From Lysobacterales bacterium (GTDB taxonomy: Bacteria > Pseudomonadota > Gammaproteobacteria > Xanthomonadales > Rhodanobacteraceae): a stretch of DNA of 64,000 nt. The notes below the pieces were generated by a model. It saw nothing but the letters and a program-made list of their open reading frames with translations. It was not told the origin of the DNA and ran no database searches. Shown here one piece after another: positions 37,506-45,777 of the stretch. A program made the translations under genes and the position numbers. Position 1 is the first letter of the stretch. Every line of letters begins with the position of its first letter. The DNA is taken from the NCBI GenBank assembly GCA_002632325.1, contig NSJK01000003.1:37957-101956 (forward strand), read 5' to 3'.

Positions 37506-38954
37506 TTACGCGCCAAACAGGTCCAAAAACCGCTGGATCGGCATCACATCGAGCCGTTGCGGGTCCCGGCTGAGCGCAATCACGGTGCGCGCCTGACGTG
37601 CCGGCAGATGCGATTCGACTGCCCCCGCAAACTTGTCGAGCAGGCGCGGAATGCCCTCGCCCCGGCGCTCGCGATGTCCGATCGGATAGTCGATCGTCAC
37701 CTTTTGCGTGGCGGTACCGTCCTTGAAGAACACCTGCACCGCATTGCCGATGTAGCGCTTTTCGGGATCGAAGTACTCATGCGTGAAACGCGGATCCTCA
37801 CGCACCGATGTCCTTGCGCGCAGCGCATCGATGCGCGGATCGGCGGCGACCTCATCACTGTAGTCCGCTGCGGTGAGCCGACCGAAGATCAGCGGCACCG
37901 CCACCATGTACTGGATGCAGTGATCGCGATCGGCGTAGTTGGCGAGCGGCCCGGTCTTGTCGATGATGCGTGCACCCGCTTCCTGCGTCTGGATCTCGAT
38001 GCGGTCGATCTCCGCGATCCTGCCGGCGACCTGCGCATGCAGCACCATCGCGCATTCCACCGCGGTTTGGGCGTGGAACTCGGCCGGGTAGCTGATCTTG
38101 AACAGGATGTTTTCCATCACGTAGCTGCCCAGCGGCCGCTCGAACTCGAAGGGTCGGCCGCCAAAGGCCACATCGTAAAAACCCCAGGTGCGTGCGCTCA
38201 GCGCCGAGGGATAGCCCTCGCAGCCCTTGAGCGCATTGAGCGCATGGATCACCGCACGCCGGCAGGCATCCCCGGCGGCCCAGCTCTTGCGCGGGCCGGT
38301 GTTGGGCGCATGGCGATAGGCGCGCAGCACGCCGTTGTCGAGCCAGCTGTTGGAGATGGCATTGACGATGTCGTCGACATCGCCACCGAGCATGCGCGTG
38401 GCGACCGCCGTCGATGCCAGGCGCACGAGGATCACGTGATCGAGTCCGACGCGATTGAAACTGTTGCGCAGCGCGTAGCAGCCCTGGATTTCGTGCGCCT
38501 TGATCGCCCAACCCAGCACGTCACGTACGGTCAGCGGCGCCGCGCCCTCGCGCGCGGCCTTGCGCGAAAGATAGTCCGCCACGGCGAGAATCGTGCCGAG
38601 ATTGTCCGAGGGATGACCCCACTCGGCGGCCAGCCAGGTGTCGTTGAAATCGAGCCAGCGGATCTGCACGCCGATGTTGTAGGCCGCCTGCGCCGGATCG
38701 AGCTGCCAGCTCGTGCCAGGCACGCGCGCGCCATCAGGCAACACCGCCCCGGGAACCAGCGGCCCCAGATGCTTCACGCATTCAGGGAACTTCATCGCGA
38801 GCATCGCGCAGGCGAGTGAGTCGAGCAGGACGTAGCGCGCGGTCTGCCAGGCTTCGTCCGAATCAATCACCTGGTCGGCGACATAACGCGCGATCTCGAC
38901 CATTGGTGCATCGGGCTGGGGACGCAGGGCAGAGCGCAGGTCGGCTTGCGACAT
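37506..38954 (-). CDS. prpD: 2-methylcitrate dehydratase / MmgE-PrpD family protein
   Basis: In frame within ORF 37506..39026. ATG 38954 gives MSQADLRSALRP. Family-typical ..LDFNDTWLAAEWGHPSDNLG.., ..KISYPAEFHAQTAVE... Confidence 0.8.
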   Translation of the reverse strand: MSQADLRSALRPQPDAPMVEIARYVADQVIDSDEAWQTARYVLLDSLACAMLAMKFPECVKHLGPLVPGAVLPDGARVPGTSWQLDPAQAAYNIGVQIRWLDFNDTWLAAEWGHPSDNLGTILAVADYLSRKAAREGAAPLTVRDVLGWAIKAHEIQGCYALRNSFNRVGLDHVILVRLASTAVATRMLGGDVDDIVNAISNSWLDNGVLRAYRHAPNTGPRKSWAAGDACRRAVIHALNALKGCEGYPSALSARTWGFYDVAFGGRPFEFERPLGSYVMENILFKISYPAEFHAQTAVECAMVLHAQVAGRIAEIDRIEIQTQEAGARIIDKTGPLANYADRDHCIQYMVAVPLIFGRLTAADYSDEVAADPRIDALRARTSVREDPRFTHEYFDPEKRYIGNAVQVFFKDGTATQKVTIDYPIGHRERRGEGIPRLLDKFAGAVESHLPARQARTVIALSRDPQRLDVMPIQRFLDLFGA

Positions 38955-39032
38955 GATCTTCTCCACGCGGAAACGCGAACACACGGCGTGCAGCCTACAT
39001 CCACGCTCCACGCGCTGCAGGTGCAACGTCGC

Positions 39033-39503
39033 TCAGGCGCGGTGGTAGGGATGACCGGCAAGAATCGTCGTCGCGCGATAGAGCTGCTCGACCGCCAGCA
39101 GGCGCACCAGCATGTGCGGCAAGGTCAAGGGTCCGAGCGACCAACGTTGGTCGGCACGCGCGAGCACCGGCGCGGCATGGCCATCTGGGCCACCGATCAG
39201 GAAGGCCAGATCGCGCCCGCTCATGCGCCACTGCGCGAGTTGCGCGGCCAGTTGCTCGCTCGACCACGGCTTGCCGCCACCATCGAGCGCGACCACGTGG
39301 CAATCGCGGCCGAGTGCGGCGAGCACGGCAATACCTTCATCGCTGCGCGCACGTTCGTCGTCGCGGCCCTTGCCGCGCGCACCGAGCGGAATCTCGACGA
39401 GTTCGAGCGGCAGTTCGCGCGACAGCCGCTTGCGATATTCGGCGACTCCTTCGGCCACCCACGCTGGCATGCGCTCACCGACCGAAATCAGGCTGGCCTT
39501 CAT
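39033..39503 (-). CDS. rlmH: 23S rRNA (pseudouridine1915-N3)-methyltransferase RlmH
   Basis: ORF 39033..39503. MKASLISVGERMPAWV...FLIGGPDG...SLGPLTLPHMLVRLLAVEQLYRA..ILAGHPYH. Confidence 0.9.
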   Translation of the reverse strand: MKASLISVGERMPAWVAEGVAEYRKRLSRELPLELVEIPLGARGKGRDDERARSDEGIAVLAALGRDCHVVALDGGGKPWSSEQLAAQLAQWRMSGRDLAFLIGGPDGHAAPVLARADQRWSLGPLTLPHMLVRLLAVEQLYRATTILAGHPYHRA

Positions 39504-39560
39504 GCTGTGCGTACCATCGTCGTGACTGTGACGAGCTCAACGCTGAAGTCCGCGGCCAGC

Positions 39561-40310
39561 TCAGTCGGTGGCCGAGAACTCGCTGTCGGGGCCGATGCTC
39601 CACAGGCGTTCGAGGCCGTAGAACTCACGCGTGCGCGGCAACATCACGTGGACGATCACGTCGCCCAGATCGACCAGCACCCATTCGGCTTCGCGCTGGC
39701 CTTCGACGCCGATCGGCGGATTGCCGGCCTGCTTGGCCTTGCGCACGACTTCGTCCGCAATCGACTTGACGTGGCGCGAGGAGGTGCCACTGGCCACCAC
39801 CAGGAGATCGGCGACCGAACTCTTGCCGCGCACGTCGACCTCGCTGATGTTCTGCGCCTTGAGATCCTCGAGCGCGTCCAGCACGAGCTTGCGCAGGCGT
39901 GCAAAGGCATCGAGCACCTTGGCCACTTTCGGCTTGGCCACGCGCCTTGCCGGGCCTGCCTGGGCCAGCGACTTTGCACTGCCCCGGGAGGAGCCTGACG
40001 CCGGCCTTGCGCTCGTGCTGCGAGCCTTGGCTGGCGCCTTCTTCGCAACCTTGGATGCAGTCGTCCTGCTCGCGCTTGTTCGGGTGGCTGGGCTCTTTGC
40101 CGCGGCGGCCTTCCTGGCAGGCGCCTTCGTCGTGCTGGCGGCTTTGCTGCGCGTTGCGGGGGCCTTGGCGGCCTTGGGGGTTCCGGCCTTGCGCGGGCGG
40201 GCGCGTGTTTCCGAAGTAGCCAAGCGGGAGCAACCTCTCGATAGCGGGCGCGCCGGTACTGGCGCATGGCCAGTATAGGCCGAATTTCCTGCTGTCGATG
40301 CCGGCCACAC
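39561..40310 (-). CDS. rsfS: Ribosome silencing factor RsfS; the open frame extends about 130 aa upstream as a Lys/Ala/Pro/Ser-rich tail (start ambiguous: GTG 40310, or GTG 39941/39926/39917)
   Basis: ORF 39561..40310. The C-terminal about 115 aa are canonical RsfS ([45 protein letters not shown]...[15 protein letters not shown].). The upstream part reads ..[40 protein letters not shown]... Confidence 0.8.
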   Translation of the reverse strand: MWPASTAGNSAYTGHAPVPARPLSRGCSRLATSETRARPRKAGTPKAAKAPATRSKAASTTKAPARKAAAAKSPATRTSASRTTASKVAKKAPAKARSTSARPASGSSRGSAKSLAQAGPARRVAKPKVAKVLDAFARLRKLVLDALEDLKAQNISEVDVRGKSSVADLLVVASGTSSRHVKSIADEVVRKAKQAGNPPIGVEGQREAEWVLVDLGDVIVHVMLPRTREFYGLERLWSIGPDSEFSATD

Positions 40311-40351
40311 CCGGCACGGCGGGAGCCACGCGGCATGCTATAAGCGCGCCC

Positions 40352-40918
40352 ATGCACGCCGAGGAGACAACCGCCCTGCTGCTTGACCGCGCGCGCGGCG
40401 GCGATGCAACCGCACGCGATCGGCTGGCTGCGCGCTACCTGCCGATCCTGCGCCGCTGGGCCCATGGCCGGCTGCCGTCCTCGACCCGTGATCTCACCGA
40501 CACCGACGATCTTGTTCAGGTGACGCTCTTTCGCGTGTTGGATCAGATCGGGAAGTTCGAGTACGGCGGCGCAGGCAGCTTCCTTGCCTACCTGCGCAGT
40601 GCCCTGCTCAACCTCCTGCGCAACGAGATCCGTCGCGTTGCGCGGCACGGCAAAAGTGTTGGTTTGGACGAGAACCTCGCCGAGGACGATACGGCTTCAC
40701 CGCTGGAACTGGCGATCGGGCGCGAGCGCCTGGAACGCTACGAAGCCGCGCTCGAGGCGTTGCCGCAGCGCGCCCGCGAGCTGGTCATCATGCGCCTGGA
40801 GTTCGACATGACTTACGACGACATCGCCAGCGAATTGCGGTCAACGCCCGATGCGGTGCGCATGGCGATCAAGCGCGCGGTCGAATCGCTCGCACTCACC
40901 TTGGGAGAGCGCGCATGA
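40352..40918 (+). CDS. ECF-type RNA polymerase sigma-70 factor
   Basis: In frame within ORF 40298..40918; ATG 40352. N-terminus TTALLLDRARGGDATARDRLAARYLPIL. Region 2 (DDLVQVTLFRVL.., FLAYLRSALLNLLRNEIRR) and region 4 HTH (LPQRARELVIMRLEFDMTYDDIASELRSTPDAVRMAIKRA). Its stop overlaps the kinase start. Confidence 0.85.
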   Translation: MHAEETTALLLDRARGGDATARDRLAARYLPILRRWAHGRLPSSTRDLTDTDDLVQVTLFRVLDQIGKFEYGGAGSFLAYLRSALLNLLRNEIRRVARHGKSVGLDENLAEDDTASPLELAIGRERLERYEAALEALPQRARELVIMRLEFDMTYDDIASELRSTPDAVRMAIKRAVESLALTLGERA

Positions 40919-42483
40919 GTGCGTCCGATCCCGTGCGCGAACTGGTCGAGCAGCTGGTGGAAGGCAAGCCGATCCAGTGGGACCGCGCACCCGTCGATGA
41001 TCTGGCCCTGCTCGATGCCGTGCACCTGCTCGATCAGGTGCGCGGCACCTACCGTCGCATCGGCGACGCCAAGGAGCCGGCAACGCAGGTGCTGTTCCGG
41101 TGGGGATCGCTGTCGGCACTGGAAAAGGTCGGCAGCGGCGCCAGCGCCGAGGTATGGCGCGCATGGGATCCAGGCCTGGCAACCCAGGTCGCGCTCAAGC
41201 TGCTGCGACCGGAAGCTGCCGCCGCGGGCCTGCGCAGCGAGGAGTTCCTGCGCGAAGGCCGCCTGCTGGCGAAGCTCTCCCATCGCAACGTGTTGCGCGT
41301 CCATGGCGCAGCCGTGCATGACGGCCGCCCCGGCCTGTGGAACGAGTGGATCGAAGGCCGCACGCTCGAACAGCAGGTCGGCAGCGACGGTCCGCTCGCC
41401 GGCGCGGAGGCCGCGCATGTCGGTCTGGAACTGTGTGCCGCGCTCGCTGCGATTCACGCCGCCGGGCTCGTGCATGGCGACGTCAAGGCCAGCAACGTGC
41501 TGCGCGCGCGCGGTGGCCGCATCGTGCTGGTCGATCTCGGCGCAGCCGGTACGCCCGAAACACTGCGTGCTTCGCTGCGGACCCAGGCCACGCCCGCCTA
41601 TCTTTCACCGCAGGCACGCGATGGTGCGGCGCGCTCTGCGGCTGACGATCTCTATGCCCTGGGCGTGTTGTTGCATTACCTGCTGACCGGTGCATATCCA
41701 TCGAACGAACGCACGGACCTGCGCGCCCGACTGCCCGATCTGGACCCGCGCATCGCCGGGGTCGTCGAACGCGCACTGAGCGCCGATCCCGCGCAGCGTC
41801 TTGCCGATGCGCACTCGTTTGCCGATGCGCTGCGTGCCAGCCTCGGCAGCGTGCCGGCGCCAGCGCGCATGCGCCTTGCCTGGTTCGCCGCCGCAGCCGC
41901 CGCAGTGATTGCGCTTGGCGTGTGGGCAAGTTGGCCAGCGCCGCCGGAAACCGCATGGGCGCCGCAGGCGGCACTCGTCCGCCACGATCAGGCGGGTATC
42001 GCGCTGCGCGATGGGGACGCACTCGCCCTGGGAGACCGTCTCGACCTCAAGCTCACAAGTGATCGGCCGACCTGGGTTTACCTCCTCAACGAAGACGCGG
42101 CCGGCAGCTTCCACGTGTTGTTCCCGTTGGCAGGCTTGCCGCATGCCAATCCGCTGCCGCGCGGCCAGACCATGCTGCCGGGCGAACAGGCAGGTCGCAC
42201 GCTCTCCTGGCAGGTGTCGAGCGCAGGCGGACGTGAGGAATTCGTGCTCGTGCTTGCCAATGCTCCCTTGCACGGGTTCGAGCAGCGACTGGCCGGATTT
42301 GCCACCGCATCGATCGAGGCACCACAACGCGGCGTTGCGCAGGTCGGCTCCGCGCCACTGGCCAATGTGTCCCTGCGCGGTCGCCATCTCAGTGCCCTGC
42401 TCGATGAATTCGCCGGTGAGCTTGGCGACCGGCGGCGCGTCCAGGTCGTCGCCTACCGCTTCGACGCGCCGGCAAGCCAGTAA
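40915..42483 (+). CDS. Hanks-type Ser/Thr protein kinase with one TM helix and an extracytoplasmic DUF4384-like domain
   Basis: ORF 40915..42483. G-loop-like GSGASAEVW, VALKLL (Lys), catalytic loop LVHGDVKASNVL, DLG, TM WFAAAAAAVIALGVWASW. Ectodomain ..DRLDLKLTSDRPTWVYLLNEDAAGSFHVLFP... Confidence 0.85.
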   Translation: MSASDPVRELVEQLVEGKPIQWDRAPVDDLALLDAVHLLDQVRGTYRRIGDAKEPATQVLFRWGSLSALEKVGSGASAEVWRAWDPGLATQVALKLLRPEAAAAGLRSEEFLREGRLLAKLSHRNVLRVHGAAVHDGRPGLWNEWIEGRTLEQQVGSDGPLAGAEAAHVGLELCAALAAIHAAGLVHGDVKASNVLRARGGRIVLVDLGAAGTPETLRASLRTQATPAYLSPQARDGAARSAADDLYALGVLLHYLLTGAYPSNERTDLRARLPDLDPRIAGVVERALSADPAQRLADAHSFADALRASLGSVPAPARMRLAWFAAAAAAVIALGVWASWPAPPETAWAPQAALVRHDQAGIALRDGDALALGDRLDLKLTSDRPTWVYLLNEDAAGSFHVLFPLAGLPHANPLPRGQTMLPGEQAGRTLSWQVSSAGGREEFVLVLANAPLHGFEQRLAGFATASIEAPQRGVAQVGSAPLANVSLRGRHLSALLDEFAGELGDRRRVQVVAYRFDAPASQ

Positions 42484-42611
42484 TTGGCACGAGGCCATCC
42501 TCCGGCGCGGCATGACAATGACCGCACGGCAAGTGCCGCCCGCAGATGCGTCCGGGTACCGGCAATGCCGCCAGGATCGCCTTGCCCTAGACTCCAGCCC
42601 GGGGAGGGCCG

Positions 42612-45600
42612 ATGGACGCACGATACTTGCGCGCGTTGGGGTGGCTGGCAGCGCTGATCTTCACGCCGGCGGCGGCGCAAGGCGTGCCCGATCCACTGGC
42701 CGAGGACCTTGCCCGCGGCGCCTGCAGCGCGGCCGCAGCCAAGGCCGAACAGGCACAGGTCCGCGCACGCGGTGATGCGGCACTGGCCGACGCATTGGCC
42801 CTGCGCACACGTGTCGCCCTCGCCTGCCAGCGACCCAATACGCCCGGCCTCGACGAATGGCTCACTCGCGAACGCGCGCTGCGCGCGCGCGCCAACGGCG
42901 CGGACTCCGCCACCGTCGCCAGAGTCGACCTCGATGGCGCGCACCTGGAGCAATTGCGCAATCACGCCGACGCAGCGCTGGCCGCTGCCACGGCGCTCGA
43001 CGAACGCGCGACGCGCCTGCGCTGGCCGGATGCGTTGCGCGGGCGCATCGCCGCGCGCATCGCCTCGATCCAGAACCAGAGGGCCGCGACCGACGCCGCA
43101 CTCGACAGCAGCGCGCGCGCGATCGCCCTTGCCCGCGCGGCCGGAGACGATGCGACCCTGGTGCTGGCCCTGCAGGAGCGTGGGCGCGCACTGATCGGTG
43201 CGGGTCGGGAGCCCGAAGCGGTCAGCGCGATGGCGGATGCCACGCACATCGCCCAGCGCCATTTCGGCGCCCGCAGCGCGCAATACGCCCATGCCCTGCG
43301 CTACCACGGCCAGGCCGCGCGCATGGTCGGCGACTACGGCACCGCCATCGAGCGGCTCGAACAGGCGTTGGCAATCCAGCGCGCACTGGCCGAGACCGAC
43401 CAGCGCCTGATTGCGACGGTCTGGTACAACCTCGGCCAGACACGCAAACAGGCGGGCGACATCGACGGCGCCGCGAAGGCTTACCAGTCCGCGCTCGATG
43501 CCGCCGCCCGCGACCCGGATCCGGTCCGGCCGACCCGTGCGGTGGTGCTGCATTCGCTGGCCAATCTCGAACGCGAACGCGGCAATCGCGCGCGTGCGAT
43601 CGAGTTGTATGCGCAGGTACGCCCGCAGTTCGAGAAATTCTACGGAGCCGATTCGCCGACGCTTGCCACGTTGCTCAACAACTACGGCGAAGCCGAGGCG
43701 CACAGCGGCAACTTCGCGGATGCCGCCAGGCTGTACGGACAGGCGCTCGCGATCGCGCGCCGGCGCGGCAGCACCGATCCGGGCGACTACCTGCCGCTGG
43801 CCAATCTCGCCATGCTGCAGATCTGGCAAAAACGCTACCCCGAAGCCGAGGCCGGCTTTCGCCAGGCGCTGGTGCACATGAAGTCGGCCAGTGTCGGCAG
43901 CGAAGGCAGCGCACTGTTCCCGGGCATGGGATTGGCGGCGAGTCTGTGGGGGCAACAGCGCATGGACGAAGCGCTTGATGCCGCACTGGACGCCGAACAC
44001 ACCCGTCAGGCAGCGCTGCGCCTGGCCGCCAGCCATCTCGGCGAAGGTCAGTCAGTCGACCTGCAGGAATACCAGGAACCCAGTCTGGACCTGGTGATCG
44101 CCATCGCCGCCGCGAGCGGCAAGCCCGCACACCTCGAACGCGCCTGGCTGGCAAGCATGGCCGCGCGCGATGCACTGACTTCGATCCAGGCCCAGCGTCT
44201 GGCTGCGGCACGCAAGGCCGGCGACACGCAGGCAGGCAAGCTGTGGAACGATTGGCGCAGCGCCAGCGCGGATTTGGCGCGCATCCAACTGGGCCAGGTC
44301 GATCCAGACGGACTCGATCAGGCACAAGCAAGGCTCGAACGTGTCGAACGCGCGCTCGCCCTCGCCACTCCCCTGGGCAGCGCGCTGGCGACGCGCACGC
44401 CCAGCTTCGCCGAAATCCGCAAGGCGCTTCCGGCCAGTGAGTCGCTGTTGCTGTTCGCGACCACGCGTCTGCGCGCACCCAGCGACTTCGCCAGGGATGC
44501 AGCCGACGGGCGCAGTCCCGATGTGTGGGCCTTCCTGCTGCCCAAGCCCGGCGCGCGCGTGCATGCGCTGCGGCTGGGCACGCTGGACGGGATCACGCAA
44601 ACGAGCGATGCCTGGCTTGCGTCTCTGGCCGATCGCGACGTCGCGCTCGCCACCGTGGACGAGCGTGGCGCGAAACTGGGCAAGCTCCTCTGGCAGCCGC
44701 TGCGGGCCGCGGGCGCTGGCCAGCACTGGCTGCTCGTTCCGACTGATTCCTTGTACCGCCTGCCCTGGGGCGCGCTGCCCGATCCCCGCTGCACGACAGC
44801 GCAGGCAGGCAAGGCTTCGTGCCATCTGGTCGAGAGCGGCTTTCGCGCCCACATCCTCAACCACGAGCGCGAACTGCTCGCGCCGGCCCCGCCGCGCGAT
44901 GCGCCGCACCTGCTCGCGCTCGCCGACCCGAGCCTGTCACCACTCGCGCTGCCGTCGGCCGCACGGCATTGTGCGCAGGGTCTGGTCGCCCTGCCCGCGG
45001 CGCGCAGCGAAAGCACCGATCTCGACCACTACTGGCGCACGCAGCTTGGCCCCAAGGCAAGCTCGACCCTGCTGGTCGGCGCCGACGCCACCGAAGCCAG
45101 ACTGCGCATCGCGGCCGGCAGCGCGAATATCCTGCACTTCGGCACTCACGGCATCGCCCTGGGCAGCGACTGCGACAGCGCCGGCGACGCGCTTGCCATG
45201 CGCGGTGCATCGCTGACTGCCGATGCACCGATTGCCGTCAGAAACCCGGGACTGGCACCCGTCGCCCTCCTGCTGGCCGCAGGCAGCGCCGGCAACGTCG
45301 ACGACGATGGCCTGCTGAGCGCCGAGGAAATCGCCGCGCTCGACCTCCATGGCACGCAGTTGGCGGTGCTGGCCGCCTGCTCCACTGCCAGCGGCCGGAC
45401 ACGTCGTTACGAAGGACCGTTCGGACTCGCCCGCGCATTTCGCCTCGCCGGCGTGCGCACCACGGTCACCAGCCTCTGGCCGGTCGATGATGCGGCCACC
45501 GCGCAATGGTCGCGCGAGTTCTACCGCGCCCGCTACAAGCGCGATCTCGGCACCGCCGACGCCCTGGCGAGCGCGCAACGCGCCGTGCTCGCCGCGCGTC

Positions 45601-45668
45601 GCGCGCGTGGCGAGTCGATCCATCCCTACTACTGGGCAGCTTTCACCGCCAGCGGCGACTGGCGCTGA
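42612..45668 (+). CDS. Secreted/periplasmic TPR-repeat protein with C-terminal CHAT (caspase-like protease) domain
   Basis: ORF 42612..45668. Signal peptide MDARYLRALGWLAALIFTPAAAQG. Repeated TPR-like helices (..LHSLANLERERGNRARAIELYAQ.., ..LLNNYGEAEAHSGNFADAARLYGQALAI..). CHAT His ILHFGTHG and Cys LAVLAACSTASG. Ends ..HPYYWAAFTASGDWR. Confidence 0.85.
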   Translation: MDARYLRALGWLAALIFTPAAAQGVPDPLAEDLARGACSAAAAKAEQAQVRARGDAALADALALRTRVALACQRPNTPGLDEWLTRERALRARANGADSATVARVDLDGAHLEQLRNHADAALAAATALDERATRLRWPDALRGRIAARIASIQNQRAATDAALDSSARAIALARAAGDDATLVLALQERGRALIGAGREPEAVSAMADATHIAQRHFGARSAQYAHALRYHGQAARMVGDYGTAIERLEQALAIQRALAETDQRLIATVWYNLGQTRKQAGDIDGAAKAYQSALDAAARDPDPVRPTRAVVLHSLANLERERGNRARAIELYAQVRPQFEKFYGADSPTLATLLNNYGEAEAHSGNFADAARLYGQALAIARRRGSTDPGDYLPLANLAMLQIWQKRYPEAEAGFRQALVHMKSASVGSEGSALFPGMGLAASLWGQQRMDEALDAALDAEHTRQAALRLAASHLGEGQSVDLQEYQEPSLDLVIAIAAASGKPAHLERAWLASMAARDALTSIQAQRLAAARKAGDTQAGKLWNDWRSASADLARIQLGQVDPDGLDQAQARLERVERALALATPLGSALATRTPSFAEIRKALPASESLLLFATTRLRAPSDFARDAADGRSPDVWAFLLPKPGARVHALRLGTLDGITQTSDAWLASLADRDVALATVDERGAKLGKLLWQPLRAAGAGQHWLLVPTDSLYRLPWGALPDPRCTTAQAGKASCHLVESGFRAHILNHERELLAPAPPRDAPHLLALADPSLSPLALPSAARHCAQGLVALPAARSESTDLDHYWRTQLGPKASSTLLVGADATEARLRIAAGSANILHFGTHGIALGSDCDSAGDALAMRGASLTADAPIAVRNPGLAPVALLLAAGSAGNVDDDGLLSAEEIAALDLHGTQLAVLAACSTASGRTRRYEGPFGLARAFRLAGVRTTVTSLWPVDDAATAQWSREFYRARYKRDLGTADALASAQRAVLAARRARGESIHPYYWAAFTASGDWR

Positions 45669-45777
45669 ACCACTGGCAGGCTCGTGATGATGTCCGATCC
45701 GGCCCGGACCGCAGCGTGATGTTCGCTTCGGTACCGCGGCGGTGTTCATCCGCTCGAACCCCCCAACGAGCCTCGCC

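Noticed and set aside
40339-40352. TATAAG hexamer 7 nt upstream of the ECF sigma ATG (possible leaderless transcript)
   Set aside because: No convincing -35 element at the right spacing, and an alternative upstream GTG (40298) exists. This cannot be supported without TSS data.
42453-45016. Long minus-strand ORFs (527, 285 and 232 aa) antisense to the CHAT gene
   Set aside because: Arg/Ala/Gly-rich shadow frames. The plus strand has coherent TPR and CHAT motifs with a signal peptide.
45669-45777. Search for an ECF-type promoter (GAAC...CGT) upstream of the first beta-helix gene
   Set aside because: A GAACC motif is present at about 45667, but the spacing to the nearest CGT is too short (~12 nt). 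The consensus for this sigma is unknown, so there is no defensible call.
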